Shown here piece after piece: positions 16,599 through 26,954 of a stretch of DNA of 64,000 nucleotides (its first letter is position 1; each line of letters opens with the position of its first letter). Under the pieces are notes generated by a model. The model had not been told where the DNA came from, made no database searches, and was given only the letters and a program-made list of their open reading frames with translations. Origin of the DNA: Candidatus Acidiferrales bacterium (GTDB taxonomy: Bacteria > Acidobacteriota > Terriglobia > Bryobacterales > Bryobacteraceae); contig DATMNI010000373.1 of the NCBI GenBank assembly GCA_035570275.1, positions 38,464-102,463 of the forward strand. The letters are read 5' to 3'. Position numbers and translations under genes: made by a program.

Positions 16599-19500
16599 GT
16601 GAGATTACCAGTTATTCTTGGTGCGGCGCTATGGCTCGCTACCTTGTCGTGGACACAGTCTTTTCTCGGGGGCATACGGGGTACGGTCTTCGATGCTGGA
16701 GGTGGAGCCGTCACCGACGTCAGGCTTTCCCTGACCGACGAAGCTACCGCGACGCATCGATCGACGCTATCGTCGGGCGACGGCAGTTACAATTTCAGCC
16801 AGGTTGTGCCGGCCACTTACACCGTGACGGCCGAAGCGCCGGGCTTTAAGAAGATCGAACGCAAGCACGTGATCGTGGCCACCCAGGAGTTTGTCTCGCT
16901 TGACTTGAAACTGGAACTGGGCGCGGTGAGCGAAAGCGTGCAGGTCACCGAAGAGGTGCCGCTGATCGAATCCACCAACGCCTCCCAAGGCCAGGTGCTG
17001 GACCACCAGCAACTCATCGACCTGCCCAATCTGGGCCGCAATCCGTTCATGATGTCGAAGCTGGCGCAAAACGTCACACCGGTTGGCGACCCGCACTACA
17101 ACCGGATGGAAGACCAGAGCGGTTCTTCGCAGATCTCGATCGCCGGCGGACCGGTTCGCGGCAACAATTATCTGCTGGATGGAATTCCGATAACCGACGC
17201 GGCCAACCGCGCCATCATTATCCCCACGCTGGAAGCCGTGCAGGAAGTCAAGATCCAGTCCAACACCTACGACGCCGAAATGGCGCGCACCGGCGGCGGC
17301 ATGTTCAACACCTACCTGAAGTCGGGAACCAACGAGCTGCACGGCAGCCTGTTCGGATCGATGCGGGCCACCAGTTGGGCGGCCAACAATTTCTTCAACA
17401 ACGCGGCGGGAATCCCGCTGCCGAACCAGCCGAACTACACGTTTGGGGCGAGCTTCGGCGGCCCGGTCCGAATTCCCAAAGTTTACAACGGCAAGAACCG
17501 CACCTTCTTCTGGCTGGCGTGGGAGGACTACGACGATACGCAGTCGAATTCTTCGCAGTTCACGACGCCGACCGCGCTGGAGCGCATTGGCGATTTCTCG
17601 CAAAGCAAGACGGCCAGCGGCGGATTGAACCTGATCTACGATCCTTTGACCACGGTGTGCGCGGGCAGCACGTGCACACGCCAACCCTTCGCCGGGAACA
17701 TTATCCCGGCCACCCGCGTGAACCCCGTGGGCAGGGCGATCGCCGCGACCTATGTGACGCCGCAGACCACCTCCGCCTTCTATGGGGCGCCCAACCTCAC
17801 CGGCGTCGGCGTGCTGCCGGCGCGCGCGGCGCAGAAAACGGCCAAGCTCGACCACCAGGTGACCACTAAGTGGCGGGCCAGTTTGAGTTATTTGCGCTAC
17901 TTTTCGCTGGAGCCCGGCAACACCTGGTTCCCAACCGTTTCTTCACCCGACCAGTGGCGGTTGCAGCGCCGTGTGGACACCACGCAGTTCAACAACATCG
18001 TCACCCTCTCACCGACCATGGTGCTGACCGTGCGCTACGGATTCAACCGCTTCCCTAACTATGGATACCAGGTGAGCCAAGGCTTTAATCTGGCCAATCT
18101 GGGCTTTGACCCCGGGTTCGTGAGCCAGGTGCCTTCGCCCACTTTTCCCAACGTCACCATGACCTCACAGTACAGCCTGGGCACCAACAACAACTTCTAC
18201 TACGTGCATCACTCCAAGAATTTCTCGAGCGGCATTTCGAAGTTCCAGGGCCGTCACAATCTGAAGGCCGGCTTCGATTTCCGGCGCATTCACGACGATG
18301 GCAACGACTTCGCCAATAGCGCCGGCGCTTTCACCTTCAACGGCGTCTTCTCCCGCTCCACCCCGCTGACCGCGGTTTCCGGCACCGGCGCCGATATGGC
18401 GGACATGCTGCTGGGAACGGCCTCGGCGGGCACCGGCTACATCCCCACCAAGCTCTACGAATATGCGAATTACTATGGGCTGTACGCTCAGGACGATATT
18501 CGTCTGACCAAGTCCCTGACCATCAACCTGGGGCTCCGCTGGGAGCGTGAGTACGGCTTGCAGGAATCGCACAATTCCATGGTGGTTGGGTTCAATGAGG
18601 CAGCGGCCAACCCGCTGGCGGCCAACGTCACGGGCATCTCGCCCAAGGGCGTGCTTGAGTTCGCCGGCGTCAACGGGAACAGCGTGCACGTGGGCAATCC
18701 GAACCTGAATAAGCTCGGCCCCCGCATCGGTATTGCCTGGGCCTTGAACTCCCTGACCACCATCCGCGCGGGCTACGGGCTCTACTGGGCGCCGCAGTTC
18801 GCCATCGGGACTCCGTACAACCCGCCGGGTTTCACGGCCACCACATCGCAAATTGTGTCGAATGACGGCAACGCCACGCCGGCCACCTTTCTCAACAACC
18901 CGTTCCCGACCGGTCTGGCGAAGCCCACGGGCAGTTCGCTGGGCGACCTTACCGGCATCGGACAGAGCCTGACGCTGATTGACCCCGGCGCCAAGTCGCC
19001 GCGCGTGAACCAGTTCTCGCTGGATGTGCAGCGGCAACTGCCTTTCGGCATCGCAGCGGAAGTCGGCTACGTCGGCTCACGTTCGTCGCACCTTTCGCAG
19101 GCTACCGCCAACGTCAATATCAACGCGCTGAACCCCGCGCTGCTTTCGCAGGGGTCGGCGCTCACGGCCACCGTGGCCAACCCGTTCTTCGGAAAAGGCG
19201 GCGCCGGGGTGATCGGCAGCGCCACGCTGAGCCAGGTGCAACTCCTGTTGCCGTATCCAACCTTCAGCAGCATCAACCTGACGTTGAGCGACCGCTCCCG
19301 GGCGCGCTACGATTCGCTGGTCGCCAAAGCCCAGAAACGGATGAGCATGGGTTTAACGCTGCTCTCGACGCTGACCTGGTCGCGGAACTACGATTCCAGC
19401 TCCGGCGGCGCGGGCAACTTCCTGAACGGCGGCAATGCCGGTCCCCAGAACCCTTACGATTTCGGATCGGAGTACAGCCTGGCCAATGTGGATGCGCCGC

Positions 19501-20045
19501 TGCGCTGGTCCACCGGCTTCACCTTCGAGCTGCCTTTCGGCAAGGGAAAGAAGTTCCTGTCGAGCAGCAAGACGCTGGACTACGCGGTGGGCGGCTGGTC
19601 GATCAATTCCATCAGCGTCTACCAGTCCGGTTTCCCGGTGCAGATCACGCAGAGCACCAATAACAATTCGGTGTTCGGCTACGCCAGCCAGCGGCCCAGC
19701 GCCACGGGAGTCTCACCGGTAACCAGCGGCAGCCTGGAATCGCGCCTGGGCAATTACATCAACCCCGCGGCCTTCGCCACCTCGCCCCGCGGAACCTTCG
19801 GCAACCTGGCCCGCACGCTGGATATGCGCGGACCCGGCCAGGGCAATTGGGACATGTCGATCTTCAAGAGCTTCTCTGTGACCGAAAAGTTGAAGGGCCA
19901 GTTCCGCGCCGAAGCTCTGAACGCGTTCAACACTCCTATGTTCGCCGCCCCGAATGTCTCGTTCGGCAGCAGTTCCTTCGGCCGCATCACGTCGCAGGTC
20001 AACTTCTCACGAATGATGCAGCTGGGCATCCGGGTCTTCTTCTAG
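16599..20045 (+). CDS. TonB-dependent receptor with N-terminal carboxypeptidase-regulatory-like domain (Acidobacteria type)
   Basis: GTG at 16599 follows GGGAGG. Signal peptide, then GGIRGTVFDAGGGAV..V...L (CarboxypepD_reg), a plug-like region, a long beta-barrel and a C-terminal aromatic residue (..GIRVFF). Confidence 0.85.
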   Translation: MRLPVILGAALWLATLSWTQSFLGGIRGTVFDAGGGAVTDVRLSLTDEATATHRSTLSSGDGSYNFSQVVPATYTVTAEAPGFKKIERKHVIVATQEFVSLDLKLELGAVSESVQVTEEVPLIESTNASQGQVLDHQQLIDLPNLGRNPFMMSKLAQNVTPVGDPHYNRMEDQSGSSQISIAGGPVRGNNYLLDGIPITDAANRAIIIPTLEAVQEVKIQSNTYDAEMARTGGGMFNTYLKSGTNELHGSLFGSMRATSWAANNFFNNAAGIPLPNQPNYTFGASFGGPVRIPKVYNGKNRTFFWLAWEDYDDTQSNSSQFTTPTALERIGDFSQSKTASGGLNLIYDPLTTVCAGSTCTRQPFAGNIIPATRVNPVGRAIAATYVTPQTTSAFYGAPNLTGVGVLPARAAQKTAKLDHQVTTKWRASLSYLRYFSLEPGNTWFPTVSSPDQWRLQRRVDTTQFNNIVTLSPTMVLTVRYGFNRFPNYGYQVSQGFNLANLGFDPGFVSQVPSPTFPNVTMTSQYSLGTNNNFYYVHHSKNFSSGISKFQGRHNLKAGFDFRRIHDDGNDFANSAGAFTFNGVFSRSTPLTAVSGTGADMADMLLGTASAGTGYIPTKLYEYANYYGLYAQDDIRLTKSLTINLGLRWEREYGLQESHNSMVVGFNEAAANPLAANVTGISPKGVLEFAGVNGNSVHVGNPNLNKLGPRIGIAWALNSLTTIRAGYGLYWAPQFAIGTPYNPPGFTATTSQIVSNDGNATPATFLNNPFPTGLAKPTGSSLGDLTGIGQSLTLIDPGAKSPRVNQFSLDVQRQLPFGIAAEVGYVGSRSSHLSQATANVNINALNPALLSQGSALTATVANPFFGKGGAGVIGSATLSQVQLLLPYPTFSSINLTLSDRSRARYDSLVAKAQKRMSMGLTLLSTLTWSRNYDSSSGGAGNFLNGGNAGPQNPYDFGSEYSLANVDAPLRWSTGFTFELPFGKGKKFLSSSKTLDYAVGGWSINSISVYQSGFPVQITQSTNNNSVFGYASQRPSATGVSPVTSGSLESRLGNYINPAAFATSPRGTFGNLARTLDMRGPGQGNWDMSIFKSFSVTEKLKGQFRAEALNAFNTPMFAAPNVSFGSSSFGRITSQVNFSRMMQLGIRVFF

Positions 20046-20081
20046 GATCTAGCGAGGCTCTGGCTCAGACCGAAAGTGTTC

Positions 20082-20346
20082 TTCACCGCGGAGACGCGGA
20101 GCCGCAGAGAGAGCGCGGAGGAAGACCAAAACTGATATGGCTTTCTGCATCGGTCGTAGTTTGTGACAATCCGGGTTGGCGCGCAGAGGAAGCAGAGACA
20201 CTCACATGCTGACGCTGCGAAGCCTTTGAAGATGGTTGAGGCCGGGACCGTTACGTATCGCCGCGTGGCGATAGCGCACCTAACCCTACCTGTGTGCAGG
20301 CATGCCCTGCGACTTCCCTCCGCGTCTCCGCGGCTCTGCGGTTAAC
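20082..20346. repeat. Inverted pair of a CCGCGGAGACGCGGAG-core repeat flanking about 216 bp
   Basis: 20086..20101 is ccgcggagacgcggag. 20318..20333 is ctccgcgtctccgcgg, the exact reverse complement. A partial third core (agacgcggag) is at 20442..20451. Confidence 0.55.
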
Positions 20347-20626
20347 AGAAACTTGACTCATTCGCATCACATTCGGAGATTCAAGTACTCTAGCGGCACA
20401 GGCGCCTGGCGCGGGGCGCTTTTTCGTCTACGCGGCGCAGCAGACGCGGAGTCACGGTGCCCGGCGCGGAGCGCACTTGAGAAAATGCGATCCGCGTCAG
20501 GCTCCGGCGCGCTGTATCGCCTTCGATTCACCGATCGGCGGCAAGTCCTGGATTCGGGCGCAGGCTTGCCACAGATTGCGCGATCAACCTTTGACCCCAA
20601 GATTGCACGCGGAATAAGATCAGGAG

Positions 20627-22093
20627 ATGGACCGTGAGGTGGCGCTACCAGAGCAGGTCGCGATAACCGGCCCGATTCTCTTCGTTCTGGCGGCCGTGTT
20701 CGTCGCGTTCTGCCCCAGCCTCGGAGCCTCATTCCACCTGGATGACTACAACTTATTCTCCGACCCGGCAATCACATCGCCTTCGGGCTGGTGGTATGTC
20801 TGGCGTCCTTTGCAAACCCGACCGCTTACCTACTTCACTTTCTGGCTGAACTACCAGTTCGGCGGACTCAATGCAGCCGGCTATCACGCCGTCAACCTGA
20901 GCTTGCACCTGATTGCGGTGTGGCTGCTCTATGGAGTACTCGCGCGCCTTGTGGGTGAGAGAGCGGCGCTGGCCGCCGCCGCAGTCTTCGCGCTCCATCC
21001 TATCCAGACAGAGCCAATCGTCTACGTGTTCGAGCGCGCCACACTACTGGCGACGGTCTTCTGTCTGCTATCCATGCGACGCTGGCTCGATGGGCGATAC
21101 TGGAGCGCTGCCGGCTGGTTCGCCCTGGCGCTTCTGAGCAAAGAAGAATGCGCCGCGTTTCCGCTCTTCCTGCTGATGCTCCGATGGGATCTTGTGTCCG
21201 CCGCTGGGATGCTCTGCCTTTCTCTAATTGCGGGAGCACGGGTAATCCTCGTGTTGAAAATCCTCCACATCCGCGGTGCGGGTGCCGGCGCGGGTATTTC
21301 TCCGCTCGACTACTTCGCAACCCAGGGTACCGTGATTCTCCGCTACTTCCGGTTGTTGCTGGTACCCTACGGATTCACCTGCGACCCGGATATTCGCGTG
21401 GTACGGGACTGGCACGCGTGGTTGGCCTGAGCTGCTATCGTTGCGGTGGCTGCGCTGGCATGGAAGCTGCACCGTCATGGAAAGTGGTTGGCCGCCGGTC
21501 TAATCCTGTTGGCGCCCAGTTCGACCATATTCCCCGCCGAGGATCTGGCCGCGGACCGGAGGTTTTATTTGCCGATGCTGGCCTTCGCCGCGCTGGCTGG
21601 GCTGCTCTTGAGCCACGCCCCGCGAGTGATCGTGATTCCGGTGGCGGTGGGCCTGGCCGTCTTGTCTTTCTTTCGTGCCCAAGTCTGGTCCACTGAACGG
21701 ACGATCTGGGCGGAGGCCGTCCAACGCGCGCCCGGCAAGCTACGCCCCCGCATCCTGCTGGCGCGTGCCTCCGACACAGATGCGGCGCTACAAATCCTCG
21801 ATACGGCCCAATCCATCGCCCCGAACGACCCCAGGCCCGCACTGGAAAAGGGATTGAGGTTGATGCAAGCGGACCTGCCAGGCCTGGCCCTGCCGCAGTT
21901 CGAGCATGCACTGGCTCTGGCACCCGACGATTTGATGGCGCTGAACAATCATGGCGCCGCTCTTGCCAAACTGGGGCAGCGGGATGCCGCCATCGATGAT
22001 TTCCGTCACGCTCTACGGATTGATCCGTGTTGGGCCAGTGCTCGCAAGAATCTGGAGCGATTAGGAATCGCCTACCCAATCTCCTGCAAGTAG
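20627..22093 (+). pseudogene. TPR-repeat polytopic membrane protein (TMTC/PMT_2-like glycosyltransferase-fold family) interrupted by one in-frame TGA
   Basis: ORFs 20627..21430 and 21446..22093 are in the same frame, separated only by the TGA at 21428..21430. The family-typical motif AADRRFYLPMLAF and the C-terminal TPRs lie in the second part. Confidence 0.6.
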
Positions 22094-22677
22094 GTATCGA
22101 CTAGTGGCTTAGGCCGACTCCTACGACGGAAGATCACTCGAAGCACGCAAAAGCCAAACCCGGCCGCAGCCAATACCAGCGCCGCGGCGGATGGCTCGGG
22201 CACCGATGACGCTGTTCCGTGTGGCCCGCTGAAGGTCCCAAGGAGCGGCGTATCCAAATTGAAATGCATATTCCCTCCGGCTGAAGTAGTGCCACCTGCA
22301 TCGGTGAGCGGCGGAAAGAAGGATAGGTTCAGAACAACGCGAGGAGCCCCAAAGGGGCCGGTTAGATCGGACCGAAGTCCAAGAAAGGAGCCTGGGTCAA
22401 AAAGGACGACTGTAGATGTGGCGGGGGTCAACAACAAACCATCTGTGCCCGTACCCGCAAAGCCTGAAAGCAGAATACTCCACGCCGCGTAAGTGTTGGT
22501 ATCTGCGTTAAAGGTGAAGGAACCTGTAACGGTACCTTGGAGCCCTGTGGGTGAACCCCCACAACACAGATCCAAGTTCAGCGTCGAAAGATTCCAGGTT
22601 ACCGGGCCCGCATTCGCAGTCCCTGTGGTAACGAGCGCTGGCAATAACCAGAGAATTGAACCCAAGAAAAGCTTCAC
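22072..22677 (-). CDS. PEP-CTERM sorting-domain secreted protein
   Basis: GTG at 22677 follows GGGGG. Signal peptide, then the C-terminal VPEPSAAALVLAAAGFGFCVLRVIFRRRS (PEP motif + TM + Arg cluster). Confidence 0.75.
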   Translation of the reverse strand: MKLFLGSILWLLPALVTTGTANAGPVTWNLSTLNLDLCCGGSPTGLQGTVTGSFTFNADTNTYAAWSILLSGFAGTGTDGLLLTPATSTVVLFDPGSFLGLRSDLTGPFGAPRVVLNLSFFPPLTDAGGTTSAGGNMHFNLDTPLLGTFSGPHGTASSVPEPSAAALVLAAAGFGFCVLRVIFRRRSRPKPLVDTYLQEIG

Positions 22678-22937
22678 GACTAGACCCCCCTTACCAGTCT
22701 TGATGAGGAGCCTGCGGCGAGGTCTTATAAAGATGGTTAAGCGCAGCTTACCACAATCGAGTAGGTCTGGCCGTACCAATCCATACCATAGAAAGAACAT
22801 CCCGACATAGCCCAGTATGTTAACCGGGGTAATGAGACGTCCAAGGTATTGCAGCGGACGTCAATGTAAGACGCTCTTGGGGTGTTGCGAGACGGAACTC
22901 GGGCTCGCCGCTCCTTACGAGGTCCGCCAAGCGGCCA

Positions 22938-24392
22938 CTACATCGCGCGTTCCGCAATCAAACACATCACCGCCAGTAAGCTGCACAGCAGTGGAAACCA
23001 ATCGCCCCAGCGCGTGTACAAAGTCTGCCCGGTAACATAGTTGAACCCCGTGTACGAGGCCGCCTGCACGTATAATGGCAGCGTGCCGCGCAACCGGCCG
23101 GCGGAATCGATGGTGGCGGTGATGCCATCGTTGGTCGACCGCAGAATCCAGCGGCGGTTTTCGGCGGCGCGCATCCGCACCATGCTCAGGTGCTGCGCGC
23201 GCGCCGCACTCTTGCCGAACCAGCCGTCGTTTGAGATGTTGAACAGCACCTCGGCGCCCCCGGCCGCGAACTTGCGCACGAAGCCGGGAAACACCGATTC
23301 GTAACAGATGAACGTGCCGATTTTGTGGCTGCCCACGGGTGAGACCACCACCTGCCTGCCGGCCACGAAGTCGCCGATCTCGGTCGAAATCTTGTTGGCG
23401 AAACCGAAGGGCCATGGCACGAATTCACCGAATGGCACCAGGTTCACTTTGTCGTACCGGCTGATGGGGAAGCCCTCGGGCGAGACCAGCGTGGCCGAGT
23501 TGAGCGGCGCCCCGCCCGGAGTGTGCGCCACAATGCCCATCAACAGGTAGGCGTTGGTGGAGCGCGCCAGCCGGTCGGTGTAGTTCCGGAAATTTGGGTC
23601 CTCATAGTAGTAGAACGGCGCGGGCACTTCCGGCCACACAATGATGGAAGGCGGCTGGCGGCTGGCGGCCAGCGCGCCGCGCATCGTCAGCATCACCTGG
23701 TCGCGCTCCATCTGGTCTAGTGACGGCGGCGTCCACTGCTCGGTCTCGGAGATGTTGGATTGCACCAGCAGCGCCGTGTCGCGCCCGCGCTCGGCCGGCG
23801 GCATCGGGGGCAGGAAGACCAGAAACAGCAGGGGCAGCAGCCATAGCAATTCCACGCGCCGACGCCGCAGCACAGCGCCCGCCAGCGCCGTCGCCATCGT
23901 CATGAAGACGAACGAGACTCCATAAACGCCCGTAAGCGGCGCCAGGCGCAGCGGCACGCCCATGTCGATGGCCGCGTTGCCGAGCGCCAGCCACGCAAAG
24001 CCCAGCGGCCCGTGCGTCACCTCGACGGCGGTCCACAACGCCGCCACCGCGGGCACCGCCCACCAGCGGCGCATCAACACTCCGGCCGCCAGGGCGAAGA
24101 CGCCCATGTGGAGCGCTTTGACTACGCAAAACAACAGGAACACCGCCCACCCGGCCGCTTCGCCAAGTCCGCCGTGGAAGGCCAGAACAAACTGGATCCA
24201 GTAACAGATGCCGAACCAATAGACCACTCCAGACACCCAGCCGAGCAGGAAACGGCGCGGCCAGCGTGGTTCTCGCGCTACTGCCACCAGCAGCGGCGCC
24301 AGGGCCACGGGCGCCAGCCACACCAGTTGAAATCGCGGAAACGTGAGGATCAACAGCGCCGCCGAACCGAGCGCCAGCAGCAGGTTCAGCAC
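22938..24392 (-). CDS. lnt: Apolipoprotein N-acyltransferase
   Basis: N-terminal multi-TM region plus a C-terminal nitrilase-like domain with the catalytic Cys context ICYESVFP. GTG start overlaps the lipA stop by 7 nt. Confidence 0.9.
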   Translation of the reverse strand: MLNLLLALGSAALLILTFPRFQLVWLAPVALAPLLVAVAREPRWPRRFLLGWVSGVVYWFGICYWIQFVLAFHGGLGEAAGWAVFLLFCVVKALHMGVFALAAGVLMRRWWAVPAVAALWTAVEVTHGPLGFAWLALGNAAIDMGVPLRLAPLTGVYGVSFVFMTMATALAGAVLRRRRVELLWLLPLLFLVFLPPMPPAERGRDTALLVQSNISETEQWTPPSLDQMERDQVMLTMRGALAASRQPPSIIVWPEVPAPFYYYEDPNFRNYTDRLARSTNAYLLMGIVAHTPGGAPLNSATLVSPEGFPISRYDKVNLVPFGEFVPWPFGFANKISTEIGDFVAGRQVVVSPVGSHKIGTFICYESVFPGFVRKFAAGGAEVLFNISNDGWFGKSAARAQHLSMVRMRAAENRRWILRSTNDGITATIDSAGRLRGTLPLYVQAASYTGFNYVTGQTLYTRWGDWFPLLCSLLAVMCLIAERAM

Positions 24393-25393
24393 GACGGCGG
24401 GTGAGCGGCCCGGCTTTCGGCGTTGGCAGCCTCGGCTTCGGCGCTTACGGCTTCGGCGCCCAGGGCGTCGGCGCTTACGGCGTCGGCCATGTAAGAGCTG
24501 CGCACCAGCGGGCCGCTGAACACCATTTTGAAGCCGAGCGACAGCCCGTACTCGCGGTAGGCCTCGAACTGGCGCGGCTCGATGAATGCTTCCACCGGCA
24601 GGTTGCGTCGCGTTGGCTGCAGGTATTGGCCAATGGTGGCCACGTCCGTACCGGCGGCGTGCAGGTCGCGGAGCAGCGCGTGAACTTCATCCCCGGTTTC
24701 ACCGAGCCCCACCATGAACCCGGATTTCGTCAGCAGCCCGGACTTGGTCATCACGCCGGCGGCATACCGGCGCGCGAACGCCAGCACGTCCAATGACTGC
24801 CGGTACGCAGCCTGCGGGCGCACCCGCCGGTAGAGCCGCGGCACCGTCTCCATGTTGTGGTTGAAGACGTGCGGCCCCGCCTCCAGCACGCGCGCCACGG
24901 CTTCCAGATCGCCGCAAAAATCCGGTGTCAGCACTTCCACCCGTGCTTCGGGCAGCGCGCGCCTGACTTCGCGCACGGTCTCCGCAAAGTGCCGCGATCC
25001 GCCGTCCTCCAGATCGTCGCGGTTCACGGAGGTGATCACTACGTAGCGCAGCCCCAGGCCGGCCGCCATCCGCGCCACGTTGGCGGGCTCGGCTGGGTCC
25101 AGGCGCGTGTCGTGTTTGTGGGCGTTGAGTTTCGGCACCGCGCAGAAGCCGCAGCCGCGCGTACATCGTTCGCCCAAAATCATGAACGTGGCCGCGCCGC
25201 GATGAAAGCACTCGTGGATATTGGGGCAGCGCGCCGACTCGCACACCGTGTGCAGGTTCAGCTTTCGCAGGCCGCTCTTGAGCTGGTGGAGCGATTCAAA
25301 ATGGGTGCGGCTCTGGCGCGCCCACTCGGGCAGGCGGGGGCGAGGCGCCGGGCCGGCTCCCGCGAAAGAAAGCTGCACCAGGGAATCAAGCAT
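24386..25393 (-). CDS. lipA: Lipoyl synthase
   Basis: CESARCPNIHEC and CTRGCGFCAV cluster motifs. Has a roughly 30-aa Ala/Glu-rich C-terminal extension. Confidence 0.9.
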   Translation of the reverse strand: MLDSLVQLSFAGAGPAPRPRLPEWARQSRTHFESLHQLKSGLRKLNLHTVCESARCPNIHECFHRGAATFMILGERCTRGCGFCAVPKLNAHKHDTRLDPAEPANVARMAAGLGLRYVVITSVNRDDLEDGGSRHFAETVREVRRALPEARVEVLTPDFCGDLEAVARVLEAGPHVFNHNMETVPRLYRRVRPQAAYRQSLDVLAFARRYAAGVMTKSGLLTKSGFMVGLGETGDEVHALLRDLHAAGTDVATIGQYLQPTRRNLPVEAFIEPRQFEAYREYGLSLGFKMVFSGPLVRSSYMADAVSADALGAEAVSAEAEAANAESRAAHPPSC

Positions 25394-25425
25394 GGGGAGC
25401 GACCATGGAAGTCAAATCACGGGAA

Positions 25426-26073
25426 TCAATCACGCCGGTACCGCACCGGCGGTTGGAAGCCGGCATTCTCCAGTTCGGTCTTCGCCCTTCCGAAAGATTG
25501 CGTGTCGCTGAACGGACCCACCAACACGCGCGTCAGGTTGTTCGGGCCGGGGCTGAGCACCGCCGGGAATCCCTTGTCTTTGAGCGTCTGCCGCATGGCT
25601 TCCGCCTCCGGTTGCCGAATTGCCATCAACTGCCAGAAAGACCCGGGCGGAAGATCGGTGCCGGGTACCAGCCTGCCAGATCCAAGCGCGGATGCCGCAG
25701 ATCCAGATGCCCTAGGCCCAGATACCGTAGACGAGGAAGCCGCCGGGGCCGCGGCCGGTGGGGCATTGGGATCGCGCGCCGGCTGGGTGGAGGGCTGCGG
25801 CTGGCCATCGCCCGCGGGCTGAGCGGCCTGGTCGGCGGCCCTTGGCGGCGGTTGCGGAACTGGTGACGCCGGCAAAGGACGTGTGTCCTGCGCCGAAATC
25901 GCCGCCGCGGAACCGGTGTCCGACGCCACCTTCGCCGATCGCGGCGCATTCTGTCCCACCACATAACCCATCGCGAAGGCCACTGCAAACAGCAGAACTA
26001 CGATGAAGAAGCCGCTGAGCAGTTGCGTATTGCCCACTACCAGTTCGAACTCGCCGGTTTCGTTGTTTCTCAT
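25426..26073 (-). CDS. SPOR domain membrane protein
   Basis: N-terminal TM helix, Pro/Ala-rich linker and a C-terminal SPOR-like fold (FWQLMAIRQPEAEAMRQTLKDKGFPA...VLVGPF). Confidence 0.7.
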   Translation of the reverse strand: MRNNETGEFELVVGNTQLLSGFFIVVLLFAVAFAMGYVVGQNAPRSAKVASDTGSAAAISAQDTRPLPASPVPQPPPRAADQAAQPAGDGQPQPSTQPARDPNAPPAAAPAASSSTVSGPRASGSAASALGSGRLVPGTDLPPGSFWQLMAIRQPEAEAMRQTLKDKGFPAVLSPGPNNLTRVLVGPFSDTQSFGRAKTELENAGFQPPVRYRRD

Positions 26074-26076
26074 GTT

Positions 26077-26871
26077 TTACGGATTCGGGGAGGCTGCACG
26101 ATCCAGCGCGCGACCCAATGAAGAGATTATATCCAGAGGCAAGGGGAATACAATGGTCGTGTTCTTCTCGGTTCCGATCTCCACCAGGGTTTGAAGGTAC
26201 CGCAACTGGATGGCCGCGGGCTGCTTCTGGATCACCTCGGCCGCCATGGCCAGCTTTTCGGACGCCACATATTCGCCTTCCGCGTGAATGATCTTGGCGC
26301 GCCGTTCGCGTTCGGCCTCAGCCTGGCGTGAAATGGCGCGGATCATCTGCTCGGCCAGATCCACCTGTTTCACTTCCACCATCGTCACCTTCACGCCCCA
26401 GGGCGAGGTGTGCTGATCCAGAATGGCTTGCAGCCGCACGTTGAGTTTTTCGCGCTGGCTCAGCAATTCGTCGAGGTCCACTTCTCCGAGCACGCTGCGC
26501 AGCGTGGTCTGAGCCAGTTGCGAGGTGGCGTACAAAAAGTTCGCCACTTCCACCACAGCCAGCCGCGGATCGATGACGCGGAAGAAGATCACGGCATTTA
26601 CCTTCACGGTGACGTTATCGCGCGTGATGATGTCCTGCGGCGGCACCTCCTGGGTGTCGATGCGGAGCGAGACCCGCACCATGCGATCGAACGGGGCAAA
26701 TACAAAAATCAGCCCCGGCCCCTTGGCGTCGGACAGCACCCGGCCCAGCCGGAAGATGACGCCGCGTTCGTATTCGCGCAGGATCTTGACCGAGTTCAGC
26801 AGCCAGATCCCCACGATGATGATAAAGATCAACAACACCGGACTCAATGGACTCACGTCATTCATTTTCAA
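26077..26871 (-). CDS. SPFH/band-7 (stomatin-like, slipin) protein
   Basis: N-terminal TM helix and typical SPFH sequence ([17 protein letters not shown]..., [16 protein letters not shown]). Confidence 0.85.
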   Translation of the reverse strand: MKMNDVSPLSPVLLIFIIIVGIWLLNSVKILREYERGVIFRLGRVLSDAKGPGLIFVFAPFDRMVRVSLRIDTQEVPPQDIITRDNVTVKVNAVIFFRVIDPRLAVVEVANFLYATSQLAQTTLRSVLGEVDLDELLSQREKLNVRLQAILDQHTSPWGVKVTMVEVKQVDLAEQMIRAISRQAEAERERRAKIIHAEGEYVASEKLAMAAEVIQKQPAAIQLRYLQTLVEIGTEKNTTIVFPLPLDIISSLGRALDRAASPNP

Positions 26872-26954
26872 CTTCCTCCATCACTGACGCTTATCTTAAT
26901 CCACGCGCCTCGGGTGACGCGCGACGCCCACATAGTAGTTCCAGCCGGCGTTGG

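Noticed and set aside
21428-21430. In-frame TGA codons (21428, 53728) as selenocysteine or Trp/Gly recoding.
   Set aside because: I see no SECIS-like hairpin immediately downstream. One case is in an obviously dead transposase fragment. All other genes end normally at TGA, TAA or TAG, so a nonsense mutation or consensus error is simpler.
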